A stretch of DNA of 37,661 nucleotides from Calditrichota bacterium (GCA_024276455.1 JAJRXE010000322.1:1-37661); one strand, 5' to 3'; positions 25,414 to 35,502 are shown, numbered from the stretch's first letter. Program-made: numbers and translations. The notes: generated from the letters alone by a model not told the origin.

Positions 25414-26388
25414 TTATTTTCGCCCGGAATTCAATTCATTCCAGATTAACGCTGCCGCCCCCAGCACCGCGGCTCCGCCTTCCGGAAGCAGAGAGGGAAT
25501 CACCCGAACTGTTCCCCGGTAAACCGAAAGCAGGTTTTCTTCCAGATATTTTCGGGTGGGGCGAAAGATGAAATCGCCAGCGGCGGTCAGTCCGCCAAAC
25601 AGAATAATGGCTTCGGGACTTAAATACGCCACGGAATTCGCCAGCGCCTCGCCCAGCACCCGCCCGGTAAATTCAAAGGCTTCCCGGGCAATCGGATCGC
25701 CCGCTTTCGCCGCCTGGTAAATATCTTTTGCCGTCAATTGTTCATAGGTCATATTACGCAACCGACTGGGTTTATTGGAGTTCCCCAGCAATTCAAATAC
25801 GGTTCTTTTAATCCCGGTTGCCGAGGCGTAAGTTTCCAGGCAACCGCGACGGCCGCACCCACACAAACGGCCGTTTCGCTCCACAATCACATGCCCAATC
25901 TCGCCGGCAAACCCGTCGTGGCCGTACACCACTTTCCCGTCCACTACCACGCCACTCCCCAAGCCGGTGCCCAGAGTAATCTCAATAAAGTGTTTCATTC
26001 CCCGGGCGGCTCCGAATTTCATCTCGCCCAGGGCGGCGGCATTGGCATCGTTGGTCAGGACGGTGGGCAAATCCAGGTGCTTACGAACCATCTCCACCAC
26101 GTTTACGTCCTGCCAGCCCAGATTCGGAGGATTTTCGATGGTACCCCGGTAGTAATTCCCGTTGGGAGCTCCCACTCCAATCCCCACGCATTCCAGTTCG
26201 GAGGAAGCCTGTTGCAGTTGCCGCCGAACCAGAGTAAACAGTCGTTCAAAAAATTGCTCCACCGGCTGATCCGCCCGGGTAGGAATGCTCCCCTGATGGT
26301 AAATAGTCCCTTCCTGATCCACAAAACCGTACGCGGTGTTGGTTCCACCAATGTCGATTCCCAGAGTAACTTTCTTTTTCACCGCCAT
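25414..26388 (-). CDS. glk: ROK family glucokinase
   Basis: LGIDIGGTNTAYG ATP motif; ROK signature and zinc motif GHVIVERNGRLCGCGRRGCLETYAS. RBS AAGGAGAG. Confidence 0.9.
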   Translation of the reverse strand: MAVKKKVTLGIDIGGTNTAYGFVDQEGTIYHQGSIPTRADQPVEQFFERLFTLVRRQLQQASSELECVGIGVGAPNGNYYRGTIENPPNLGWQDVNVVEMVRKHLDLPTVLTNDANAAALGEMKFGAARGMKHFIEITLGTGLGSGVVVDGKVVYGHDGFAGEIGHVIVERNGRLCGCGRRGCLETYASATGIKRTVFELLGNSNKPSRLRNMTYEQLTAKDIYQAAKAGDPIAREAFEFTGRVLGEALANSVAYLSPEAIILFGGLTAAGDFIFRPTRKYLEENLLSVYRGTVRVIPSLLPEGGAAVLGAAALIWNELNSGRK

Positions 26389-26656
26389 GCTCTCTCCTTT
26401 AAAAGCCTACCCGGTAAAATAGGAAGCAAGACCTGTTTCATCAAGACAAAAGTTAGTTTTACCCGATTTGCCTATTTCCTTTGTTTCCAAATAGTTATCT
26501 GTCACTTCGGTTCTGCAATTGTAAAAATATTCTTTTCCGGTGAACCAATTCGCCATTTGGGGGTATAAAATTTGTCTAATTTTGTATTTTGTTGAGCTCA
26601 TTTAACTGCTTATATTGAACTCAAATAAATTTAACAAATGTTTAAGGAGATTTTTT

Positions 26657-27142
26657 ATGTCAATTAAACCCGATCAGGTTGTCACCATCCAATACACCGT
26701 AAAGGACGAGGATGGCAAAGTTGTTGACGCAACGGGAGAAGACAATTCGTATTCTTTTTTAAGCGGACAAAACCAAATTCTGCCTAAACTGGAAGAAACG
26801 ATCAGCGATATGCTCATTGGCAGCACGAAAACCATCGAGTTGAGTCCCGAAGAAGCGTACGGAGATTATCAGGAAGATGCGGTCCAACAAGTAAACCGTT
26901 CCGATTTTCCGGAAGGCACCCAACTGGAAGTGGGAATGAGCTTTGTGGCCAACATGGCTGACGGGAAACAGCTGCCCTTCGTGATTACCGCGGTTGACGG
27001 AGACGATATTACCATCGATTTCAATCATCCCTTAGCCGGAAAGAAGTTGACCTTTGAAGTGAAACTCATTGATGTTCGCGACGCCACTCCGGAAGAACTG
27101 GCCCACGGCCATGTTCACGGACCCGGCGGTCACGCCCACTAA
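26657..27142 (+). CDS. slyD: FKBP-type peptidyl-prolyl cis-trans isomerase SlyD
   Basis: VVTIQYTVKDEDGKVVD...FLSGQNQILPKLEE...IDFNHPLAGKKLTFEVKLIDVRDAT plus a His-rich tail HGHVHGPGGHAH. Start moved to ATG 26657 (AAGGAG 7 nt upstream). Confidence 0.9.
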   Translation: MSIKPDQVVTIQYTVKDEDGKVVDATGEDNSYSFLSGQNQILPKLEETISDMLIGSTKTIELSPEEAYGDYQEDAVQQVNRSDFPEGTQLEVGMSFVANMADGKQLPFVITAVDGDDITIDFNHPLAGKKLTFEVKLIDVRDATPEELAHGHVHGPGGHAH

Positions 27143-27165
27143 TACACTGGTGAGAACAGACATGG

Positions 27166-27203
27166 AACAGGTCTGCCTGAAAGGTCGGCAGACCTGTTTT
27201 TTT
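27166..27203 (+). terminator. Rho-independent terminator after slyD
   Basis: AACAGGTCTGCC-(9 nt loop)-GGCAGACCTGTT followed by a T run. Confidence 0.8.
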
Positions 27204-27263
27204 AATATTCTGGATTTCGGCGTCCCAGCCTTCCCATTTCGATTCGCTACCCGTGACAAAGAC

Positions 27264-28982
27264 TTAATCGAGGAATCCGGTCAATTTTTGAATTGCTCCG
27301 GAGGCGTCCTGCCGAAAATGGAACGCAATGACCCGTCGGCCGGCGGTTTGTAAAGCCCGCCGATCGCCCAACATCTGGGCGGTTTTCAACACACCGAAGG
27401 TGATGGAAGATTCCGCCCGATCCGGTTGGTCGGGAATGGGAACATCTTCGGACATTTCTGCGCTCAGCTGGATAAAGAGTCCCTTACCGGCATCCCCCTT
27501 GTGCAATTGTCCGGTGGAATGAAGAAAACGGGGTCCGTAACCCACCGTAGTCGCCACCCGGTAGCGTTTTTGAATCGCGGTCCGCAGCGTCTGCAAAGCG
27601 GCCTCCAGCGCCTGCGACTAAGGCAAGTAGGCCTGAATGGCTAGGCACGGTTGGGGCGGTGCTGTTTCCCTTTCCAGAGGCGCAAGAAAGGTTTTAACAG
27701 CCTCCTCCAGACGGGAAGCCGCCAGGTCACCAAACACCTGAATCCCTGCTTCCTCGAAGAGCGGGTCCGGCTGCGGCAAGCGCCCCTCTTTTTGGTAAGC
27801 CGCCACCATTTCGCGTGCTAATTTTTTGGCCGACTCCACGTTGGGCTGGTCAAAGGGATTGATCTTTAAACGCCAACTGGCAATGGCGGTGGCCATTTCC
27901 CACAGAAAATACTGGGCGCCCAAATCGTAAAGATCCCGCATTCCCAGAACCAACACCGGATGTCCGGCTTGTCGAAGTGGTTCCAGTTTTCGTTCCACTT
28001 CCGCAGACGCCCGGATACGCAGGTACACAAACAACCGATCGTCCCGATAGGTTGTCGCATCCAGCAGCTCTTCGCCCACCACCGGCAGAATGCCTTTGCC
28101 CTCTTTTCCGGTGCTCTCTGCCACCAATTGCTCCACCCAGGCCGCAAACGGGGCAACGGAGGGTGGCAAGACCAGGGTAAGTTTATCGCGTCCGTGGACC
28201 GCTAACTCCCCGAGAATCGTTCCCAGCAGAGCCGCCGGGTTTTCCTGCCCCACCTTCTCTTCGCACCCGCCGCACCAACAACGCATCTCATCGGCTCGTT
28301 CCAGCAGGGTGGCCAAATCCACGCCAACCAGGGCCGCCGGAACCAATCCAAAGTACGAGAGGGCGGAATAGCGGCCGCCGATGTTCGGATCGTTACGGAA
28401 AATTTTACGAAAACCGAGCCGTTCCGCCAGCGTTTCCAACGCGCTTCCCGGATCGGTAATGGCAACAAAATGCCGCCCGGCAGCCTCCTCGCCCAGCGTT
28501 TCCACCGCCTGGCGATAAAAATATTTCATAAACGAGAGCGTTTCCACCGTACTACCAGACTTCGTGGACACGATGTACACCGTGTGCGCCGGATCGAATT
28601 GACGCGCGTAACGCAACACCATGGCCGGATCGGTGCTGTCCAGCACGGCCAGATCCAGATACCCCAACCGTACACCAAAAGTTTTGCGGAACACCTCCGG
28701 GGCCAGACTGGACCCACCCATGCCCAGCAGCAGCGCTTGGGTAAAACCCTCCCGACGCAGGGCCTCGACCAAATCATGAATTTCTGCGAGGTTCGGTTTC
28801 ATCACTTCCGGGCTTTCCAACCAGCCCAGACGATTGGTGATTTCCGTGGGCTCGGGTTTCCACACGGTGTGGTCGTGTTCCCAGATGCGTTTTACCACCC
28901 GCTCTTTTTCCAAATCTGCCAGCGCTTTTTGCACCGTCGTTTCGTACTCGCCTAAGAACACGTGTCGAAAAATCTGCTTCAT
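27264..28982 (-). pseudogene. pgi: Glucose-6-phosphate isomerase (long bacterial PGI type) interrupted by one in-frame TAG at 27618-27620
   Basis: The 454-aa ORF (27618..28982; WKPEPTEITNRLGWL, LLLGMGGSSLAPEV, YIVSTKSGSTVET) and the 110-aa ORF (27264..27596; VATTVGYGPRFLHSTGQLHKG) share one frame. Junction: ...LAIQAYLP-TAG-SQALEAALQTLRTAIQKRYRVATTVGYGPRFLHSTGQLHKG. No other disruption is present. Confidence 0.8.
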
Positions 28983-29236
28983 TGGTATTTACCTCCCTTG
29001 AGATGGGTAACCTGCTCGTGCTTTTCGGACAACGCTGTTAAACTACCGGATTATTGCTTACCGTCGGTTTTCAAAATAAGGACATTTCTCCCCCTAACAC
29101 AATACAAAATATTGCCCGCCGGCTACCGGGAGACACGGCCTGGGACGCTTTTTGCGAAAGGTGTGTTCCATCTTACAGACATTAACAGCGAATTTCCGGA
29201 GATTGGAAACGAATCGAACGTGGAGAAGAAGAAACC

Positions 29237-30556
29237 ATGCGTCCCGACATTGCGCGCTTAATAAAACAGGCAAAAAAGGTACTCCGGCAGAACTGGCGGG
29301 ACCAATTTACCGTCCCTTCACCCAATCTCTACCCCCACCAGTGGAACTGGGATGCCGGATTCATGGCAATCGGCTATGCGCATTTTCATCCCAGGCGGGC
29401 CCAGCAAGAGCTCAACCACCTGTTTGCCGCCCAGTGGCGCAACGGCATGCTTCCGCAGATTGTTTTCAACCCAGAGGCCCTGGGCGGTTACTTCCCGGAG
29501 CCGGATTTCTGGCAAACTGAGCGCAGCGCCAACCATCCGAGCGGTTTTCTCACTTCCGGAATCACCATGCCGCCCCTGCACGCCCTGGCGGCCTGGAAAA
29601 TTTACCGCCACAGCCCGAATCCCCAGCAAACCCGGGAGTGGTTGCGCGATCTCTTTCCCCGTCTCCTGAAAATGCATCGCTATTTCTACCGGGAGAGGGA
29701 CCCTCAACGGGAGGGGCTGGTTTACATTCGGCATCCCTGGGAATCCGGCATCGACAACGCTCCGGCCTGGGATGCTCCGCTCCGGCATATTCCGGTGGAT
29801 TCCGAAACACTCCCCGCCTACCAACGAAAAGATGTAGGGCAGGACGTACCGGCCTCGCAGCGGCCGACCAATCGCGATTACGATCGCTACGTTTACCTGG
29901 TGGCTCTATTTCGCCGCTTGAAATACCATGAAGGCAATCTGTACCGGGAGTGTCCCTTTTTGATTCAAGATCCGTTGACCAACAGTCTGTTGAACCGTTC
30001 CAACGAAGAATTAATCCGGCTGGCCCGCTTGCTGGGGGAAGACAGCGGCGAAATCCGGGAGTGGTACCAGCAAACCTCCCGGGCCCTGCGCACCAAACTC
30101 TGGCACGCCGACCATGGCGCGTTCGATTGCTACGATCTTCGTAATCGCGATTTCATTCACACTCAGATTGCCTCCGCCTTTATGCCGCTAATCTGCGGAG
30201 CGCCCACCACCGAACAGGCAAACCGGATTTACCAGTCGCTGGAATCGAATAGTTTTTGCTCCATGCACAACGATCACTGCTTCTCCATCCCCAATTACGA
30301 TTTAAAGGGAAAAGAACTGGACACCCGAAACTACTGGCGCGGACCGGTGTGGATCAATACCAACTGGCTGCTCATGCAGGGGCTAAAACGCTACGGATTC
30401 CACCAGAAAGCACGAAGCGTGCGGCGGGATATTATTGAACTGGTGAGCCGCTGGGGCTTTCGGGAGTATTTCGATCCTTACCGGGGAACCGGGTACGGCT
30501 CACAACACTTTTCCTGGACTGCGGCTTTGTTCATCGCCACGGTAATGGAAAAATAA
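29237..30556 (+). CDS. GH63-like glycoside hydrolase (MGH1-like; glucosylglycerate/mannosylglycerate hydrolase family)
   Basis: PSPNLYPHQWNWDAGFMAIGY, QWRNGMLPQIVF, IRHPWESGIDNAPAWD and NYWRGPVWINTNWLLMQGL are typical of the (alpha/alpha)6 GH63/GH37-like fold. Confidence 0.7.
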   Translation: MRPDIARLIKQAKKVLRQNWRDQFTVPSPNLYPHQWNWDAGFMAIGYAHFHPRRAQQELNHLFAAQWRNGMLPQIVFNPEALGGYFPEPDFWQTERSANHPSGFLTSGITMPPLHALAAWKIYRHSPNPQQTREWLRDLFPRLLKMHRYFYRERDPQREGLVYIRHPWESGIDNAPAWDAPLRHIPVDSETLPAYQRKDVGQDVPASQRPTNRDYDRYVYLVALFRRLKYHEGNLYRECPFLIQDPLTNSLLNRSNEELIRLARLLGEDSGEIREWYQQTSRALRTKLWHADHGAFDCYDLRNRDFIHTQIASAFMPLICGAPTTEQANRIYQSLESNSFCSMHNDHCFSIPNYDLKGKELDTRNYWRGPVWINTNWLLMQGLKRYGFHQKARSVRRDIIELVSRWGFREYFDPYRGTGYGSQHFSWTAALFIATVMEK

Positions 30557-30688
30557 ACCGCTTTACCCGGAGGATGAAAAGCCTTTTTCCAGAGGCTTCC
30601 CAATCCCGAAACTATTCCGTTAATGGAACGTTTATTTTACAATTGAAATTATTTGTATTAAATTGACCGAAAAACGGGAGTTCACACA

Positions 30689-31165
30689 ATGCTGGATAAA
30701 ATTTACCAATTTTTAGCAAAACCAGTGGAAACAGCGGGGGAAGAGTCGCTGGATCACCAGTCGGAACGGGTGCAAATTGCCGTTTGCGCGTTGCTGCTGG
30801 AAATGGCCGAAATCGACGGGCAATTCAGTGAGAAAGAGAAGAAGAAAATTCTGGATATCCTGCAAAATCACTACGGTCTTCAAAAAGATTACGCCCGGCA
30901 ACTCACCATCCTGGCGGAAAAAGAGAAAGAAGAGAGCCTGGATTTGTGGCAATTCACCAATCTGATTAACCAGAACTTCAGCGAGCAAGAAAAACTCGAT
31001 CTGGTTCACACCCTCTGGGAAATTGTTTACACCGATGGTGCGCTGGACAAATACGAAGACTACCTGATTCACAAGCTGGGAAACCTGTTGAACCTGACCC
31101 ACCGGCAACTCATTGAAGCCAAACTGGACGTTCTGGACAAATTCAAACGCCGTGAATCGTCTTAA
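30689..31165 (+). CDS. TerB-family (tellurite resistance TerB-like) protein
   Basis: CALLLEMAEIDGQFSEKEKKKILDIL ... EQEKLDLVHTLWEIVYTDGALDKYEDYLIHKLGNLLNL is the duplicated TerB helical motif. Confidence 0.8.
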   Translation: MLDKIYQFLAKPVETAGEESLDHQSERVQIAVCALLLEMAEIDGQFSEKEKKKILDILQNHYGLQKDYARQLTILAEKEKEESLDLWQFTNLINQNFSEQEKLDLVHTLWEIVYTDGALDKYEDYLIHKLGNLLNLTHRQLIEAKLDVLDKFKRRESS

Positions 31166-31207
31166 AAGATTTCCGAAACACCTCAAATTCATCACGAAAG
31201 GAGAGTT

Positions 31208-31792
31208 GTGAAAACACTAAAAATGCGAAGCATAAATTGGCTGGGAATTGGTGTACTGGTAATTTGGAGCCTGCAATTGTCGGCCGGATTTACCCAGAAC
31301 CCACTTCCCCCAATTAGCAACAAATCATGCGCTCAGGAGGATTACCGCATGCCGGACCAGCAGAATTACGAAAAATCGGATTTAAAAAATAAACTCTCAC
31401 CGCTACAATACTGGGTGACTCAGGAAAACGGTACCGAACCGCCTTTTACCGGCAAATACTACCACTTCCACGAGCCCGGAACGTACGTTTGTGTGGTTTG
31501 CGGCACGCCGCTTTTCAGCTCTGCGGACAAATACGACTCCGGCAGCGGTTGGCCCAGCTTTCGGGATGCCCTTGCGGAAGGCAATATCGAGCTTCGAGAA
31601 GACCATAGCCTCTCCATGGAACGTACGGAAGTCCGCTGTAAAAAATGCGGTGCCCATCTGGGACACCTCTTCGACGATGGTCCGGCGCCCACTTACACGC
31701 GCTACTGCATCAATTCCGCTGCCTTGAATTTTATTCCTGCTGGAAAAGACACCACCTCTTCGGAGGAAAAAAGAGAGCAGAGCAAACGCTGA
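31208..31792 (+). CDS. msrB: Peptide-methionine (R)-S-oxide reductase MsrB with N-terminal signal peptide
   Basis: [13 protein letters not shown], two CxxC zinc motifs ([21 protein letters not shown]), GWPSF, and catalytic RYCINSAAL. About 60 aa of signal peptide plus linker precede the domain. GTG start 4 nt after AAAGGAG. Confidence 0.9.
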   Translation: MKTLKMRSINWLGIGVLVIWSLQLSAGFTQNPLPPISNKSCAQEDYRMPDQQNYEKSDLKNKLSPLQYWVTQENGTEPPFTGKYYHFHEPGTYVCVVCGTPLFSSADKYDSGSGWPSFRDALAEGNIELREDHSLSMERTEVRCKKCGAHLGHLFDDGPAPTYTRYCINSAALNFIPAGKDTTSSEEKREQSKR

Positions 31793-31864
31793 AAAGGATT
31801 GGCGGCGTTCTTCGCCAGCCGTCAGGGCATGTTCCCGCAATGGGAAGAGCCAAAACGATTCCCT

Positions 31865-33256
31865 CTACCCCAGAAGGCCGACCCAGAGAAGCAATTTAAC
31901 GCCCAGGGCCAAAAGTGGCAGCAGAAGCAGGGTTCGTAGCACAAACAGAACCAGTAAATGGGTGAAGCGGACCGGTACATCGCGGAACATGTCCAGAATC
32001 ATCGGGCCCAGACTGGAGAAAAAGATGAGCTGGGACGTAGAGAGCACGGCGACAAAAAAACGGGCTGTTTGGGGTGTATTCACCACCAACAGGGCGGGAA
32101 TGTACATCTCGGTAATTTCAACCACCACCGCCGGAGCCACTACTTCCGGTCGGGGGATCCCCAGAAACTGCAATACCGGGACCAGAGGAAGTCCCAGATA
32201 ATGAAACAGGGGGGTAAATTTGGCCAACATCAGTGCCAGGGTTCCCACCGAAACAATGGTACCAATAATTGAACTGGCCAGACGAAGGCCGTCGCCCACC
32301 CCCCGGATGAGCGCCTGAGCGAACGGGGGCGATTGGCGGGCTTTTTCCAGCGCCACCCGCCAGGCCCGGCCCAATAACGACCCCCGCAGTGGTTCCTGAG
32401 TACCTCTTTCCGGCGCTTTATTCACATACGTGGCAGGAATGTGCGACAGGGGCGGAATACGCACCAGCACCGCCGCCAGAAAAACTACCGCCAGCAAATA
32501 AAACAACAAAACCAGAGGAAACTGGGGAAGCAATTCCAGGGTAGCGCAGACAACGCCGACGAATCCAATGGAAACGGTGCTGAAACAGGTGGCCAGGGTG
32601 GCCGCTTCCCGCCGATTGTAACCTCCGTTGTACATGACCGTGCGGGTCAGGTACAATCCCACACTGTAGGAACCAACCCAGGAAGTCAGGGCATCTAACG
32701 CCGCCCGTCCGGGCAGGCGAAACAACGGCCACATGACCGGTTGGGCTAATGTACCTAAAAACTCCATCCCTCCGTACAGCACAAACAGTTGCACAAACAC
32801 GGCTCCCAGAGGGATGATCAGCGCTACCGAAACCGCCAGCACCTGCCAGATCAGACGGTAAATCCCGGCCTGGTAAAACGTCGACGGCAATATCTGCAAC
32901 ACAAACAGCACCGCCAGCACCCCTCCGGCTAAACGCAACCCAAAAATGGGGGAGGAGGTCTGAAAATCTTTCAACCAGTGGTGTCTCCGGGAAAGCCGGG
33001 GAAACCAGCGGCTCAGTACGCTAAAAACACTCCCCAACAACACCACCACCAGCGTGTAAAATTCCGCCGTCCGGGGCCAAGCACCCCTTAATTCGGTAAT
33101 AAAAACATCAAACGGCACCGTCCACTTTCCTCGAAAATACACCGGCATGAGAAAAAATGCCGTTCCCAGCAAAAAACTCAACAGGAACTTCAGCGGTGCC
33201 GAATTGGCTCTTTGTTCTCGACTCACCGACTCTTCCTCGTTTTTTCCTTGCCTCAA
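31865..33256 (-). CDS. Polytopic membrane protein, nucleoside-recognition-domain / YjiH-like
   Basis: At least 10 hydrophobic segments; overall resemblance to YjiH-type proteins from memory. The start is uncertain: TTG at 33256, or GTG at 33226 after GAGGAAGAG. Confidence 0.55.
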   Translation of the reverse strand: MRQGKNEEESVSREQRANSAPLKFLLSFLLGTAFFLMPVYFRGKWTVPFDVFITELRGAWPRTAEFYTLVVVLLGSVFSVLSRWFPRLSRRHHWLKDFQTSSPIFGLRLAGGVLAVLFVLQILPSTFYQAGIYRLIWQVLAVSVALIIPLGAVFVQLFVLYGGMEFLGTLAQPVMWPLFRLPGRAALDALTSWVGSYSVGLYLTRTVMYNGGYNRREAATLATCFSTVSIGFVGVVCATLELLPQFPLVLLFYLLAVVFLAAVLVRIPPLSHIPATYVNKAPERGTQEPLRGSLLGRAWRVALEKARQSPPFAQALIRGVGDGLRLASSIIGTIVSVGTLALMLAKFTPLFHYLGLPLVPVLQFLGIPRPEVVAPAVVVEITEMYIPALLVVNTPQTARFFVAVLSTSQLIFFSSLGPMILDMFRDVPVRFTHLLVLFVLRTLLLLPLLALGVKLLLWVGLLG

Positions 33257-33450
33257 ATCGAGTCCGATTTACTAAAATACGAGAACAATCGGTAAAAATA
33301 AAGCGGGGAAAAATTCCTGAAACACTTCTCCGAACGAGTCCGGCACTTCCACTTTTTGAAAAAATCCTTTCAAAATAGTTGCAAAATGAAAAATGTCCGT
33401 TAAATTAGAGTGGACCGGAAGAAACAAAACCGAAAAAGGGAGCTTTATTC

Positions 33451-34401
33451 ATGAAAGATCATCGCTCCTTCCGATTTTTCTCTTCGCGCTCGCCTCTGCT
33501 TTGCAGTCTGATTGCCGTTTTACCTTTTTTAATCGTGGCGTGCGAGAAAAGCAATCAATCCGCCCCCTCGGACGAAGCCTACGTACAGGAAATCCAGAAT
33601 TGGCACCAGAAACGCCTGGCGGCTCTCACCCGACCGGATGGCTGGCTTACCCTGGTGGGGCTCCACTGGTTGGACGAAGGAGAAAACACTTTTGGCTCCG
33701 ATTCGGCTAACAAAATTGTTTTTCCACCTCAGGCGCCCCTTTTTATCGGTTCCTTTTTCCTGCAAGACGGAAAGGTTACCGTAAAAATTCGTCCCGGCAT
33801 TGCTGTTACCGCCAACGACGCACCGGTGCAGGAGATGGCCCTGCGCAACGACACGGAAGGGAATCCAACGATTCTCAAATACGGGACTCTTCAATGGTAC
33901 ATTATTAAACGGGGAGAGCGCCTGGGGGTGCGCATCAAAGACAGCGAAAGTCCGGTACGAAAAAATTTCCGGGGCATTGAATTGTTTCCCATCGACAAAA
34001 AATGGCGGGTGAAAGCCCGGTTCGAGCCCTATGATCCGCCGAAAACCATCCCTGTTCCCACAGTGCTGGGCACCATTAACGAATTGCCCTGTCCGGGCCG
34101 CCTGGTTTTCGAAATCGAGGGAAAAACCTACCAGCTGGATCCCATTCTGGAACCGGGAGACACGCAGTTTTTCCTGATATTTGCCGACGAAACGAATGGC
34201 AAAGAGACCTACGGTGCCGGACGATTTCTCACGGCCGCACTGCCCGATTCCAACGGAATCACCTACCTTGACTTTAACAAAGCTTACAATCCGCCCTGTG
34301 CTTTTACCAAATATGCCACCTGCCCCCTGCCGCCAGATCAAAATTACCTTCCCATTGCTGTGACCGCCGGTGAGAAACGCTACGCCGGTTCCCATCTTTA
34401 G
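33451..34401 (+). CDS. DUF1684 domain-containing protein (lipoprotein-like N-terminus)
   Basis: YVQEIQNWHQKRLAALTRPDGWLTLVGLHWLDEGENTFGS and the C-terminal AYNPPCAFTKYATCPLPP are characteristic of DUF1684. Confidence 0.8.
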   Translation: MKDHRSFRFFSSRSPLLCSLIAVLPFLIVACEKSNQSAPSDEAYVQEIQNWHQKRLAALTRPDGWLTLVGLHWLDEGENTFGSDSANKIVFPPQAPLFIGSFFLQDGKVTVKIRPGIAVTANDAPVQEMALRNDTEGNPTILKYGTLQWYIIKRGERLGVRIKDSESPVRKNFRGIELFPIDKKWRVKARFEPYDPPKTIPVPTVLGTINELPCPGRLVFEIEGKTYQLDPILEPGDTQFFLIFADETNGKETYGAGRFLTAALPDSNGITYLDFNKAYNPPCAFTKYATCPLPPDQNYLPIAVTAGEKRYAGSHL

Positions 34402-34556
34402 AAGGGCGCGGTTCAAGAAAGCGAATCCGGTAGAACTTGCGGCAACAGATTGTTATCCCTCCGGTTAAGCGCCAAAATTTTTACGGTTATGAAACTCCTC
34501 GCCTTCGAAAATGGTAATATGTTAGGGAGAAAAAAATAGAAAGGAGGTGAGGAGGC

Positions 34557-35318
34557 ATGAAGGTAATGGCCATTGCGAATTATCTGGGAGAAGACCGGGT
34601 ATTAAAAGACCTGGGCAAAGTTGCCAAAGATCAGCATATTGATTTCATTGTTTTTGCCGGGGGCATTGTTAGCGGAACGGAGCGGGTAGCGGAATTCGAA
34701 AATGCGGAAAAAGAAAAACGCCAGGCCAGTTTCGAGAAAATTTCTCAGGAAGAGAGAACTGACCTCCAACAGTACGAAGCATTCTTCAAGGGGCTGGGTG
34801 ACTTGAACATTCCGGTGTACTACATTCCCGGCAAATTCGACGCCCCCATTTACCGATTTCTGCAGGAAGCCTTTAATTACGAGATTGTCTATCCCCACAT
34901 TCGCAATATTCACAAAAGTTTCTCTTTCTACCGCAATCACTACGAGTTAGTGGGATTCGGTGGGGAGATTTCCGAGAAACAGCGGGAAGAACAATTCATA
35001 TTGCGTTACCCGCGCTGGGAAGTGGAATACCACCTGAAAATCATCCGGGATTTACGTCCGTTGCAGCTGTTAATGGTTTTCTACACTCCTCCCTACGGCG
35101 GTAAATTGGATCTGAAAGACGGGCAGCATTTCGGTTCGGAAGTGGTGGAGGATTTCATTAAAACCTTCGATCCCACTTATGCCTTTGTGGGTTCCGGCAT
35201 GGACCAGGGGGAGGAGATCATTGGGACCACTCACGTAATCAATCCCGGTTCCCTGAAAGACGGTGAATACGCCATCTTGAATTTACGCAAACGGGAACTG
35301 CAGTTTAAGACTCTGTAA
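34557..35318 (+). CDS. Calcineurin-like metallophosphoesterase-fold protein with degenerate catalytic motifs
   Basis: The fold pattern is recognisable but the motifs are replaced: AIANYLG (canonical DxH), FAGGIVSG (GDxxD), IPGKFD (GNHD/E), VGSGMD (GHxH). Strong RBS GGAGGTGAGGAGG. Confidence 0.6.
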   Translation: MKVMAIANYLGEDRVLKDLGKVAKDQHIDFIVFAGGIVSGTERVAEFENAEKEKRQASFEKISQEERTDLQQYEAFFKGLGDLNIPVYYIPGKFDAPIYRFLQEAFNYEIVYPHIRNIHKSFSFYRNHYELVGFGGEISEKQREEQFILRYPRWEVEYHLKIIRDLRPLQLLMVFYTPPYGGKLDLKDGQHFGSEVVEDFIKTFDPTYAFVGSGMDQGEEIIGTTHVINPGSLKDGEYAILNLRKRELQFKTL

Positions 35319-35338
35319 ATTGGTATTTCCGGCGGTGG

Positions 35339-35373
35339 AAAAAAATCCCGCTCGAAAAGGGCGGGATTTTTTT
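35339..35373. terminator. Bidirectional rho-independent terminator after the metallophosphoesterase-like gene
   Basis: AAAAAAATCCCGC-(9 nt loop)-GCGGGATTTTTTT. Confidence 0.8.
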
Positions 35374-35377
35374 AACC

Positions 35378-35407
35378 AAAAACGCCCGGTTTTTCTCCGG
35401 GCGTTTT
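35378..35407 (-). terminator. Rho-independent terminator downstream of tRNA-Phe
   Basis: AAAAACGCCCGG-TTTTTCT-CCGGGCGTTTT. Read on the minus strand it follows the tRNA 3' end by about 7 nt. Confidence 0.75.
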
Positions 35408-35413
35408 AACCGG

Positions 35414-35486
<73 letters not shown>

Positions 35487-35502
35487 AGCCTATTGTTCGT
35501 GC

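Noticed and set aside
26407-26601. A 64-aa ORF on the minus strand in the AT-rich spacer between the glucokinase and slyD genes.
   Set aside because: It has no RBS and an atypical composition, and it sits in a divergent promoter region that also carries the predicted slyD promoter. It is probably non-coding.
27618-27620. The in-frame TAG in pgi might encode pyrrolysine or reflect a reassigned amber codon.
   Set aside because: TAG terminates the SBP gene (2343-2345) normally. No pyl genes lie in the window, and the position is in a poorly conserved linker rather than a catalytic site. A nonsense mutation or sequence error is more parsimonious.
34489-34539. A 16-codon mini-ORF (MKLLAFENGNMLGRKK) upstream of the metallophosphoesterase-like gene, considered as a possible leader peptide.
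   Set aside because: It has no RBS, no attenuator-like alternative hairpins, and no amino-acid-run signature.
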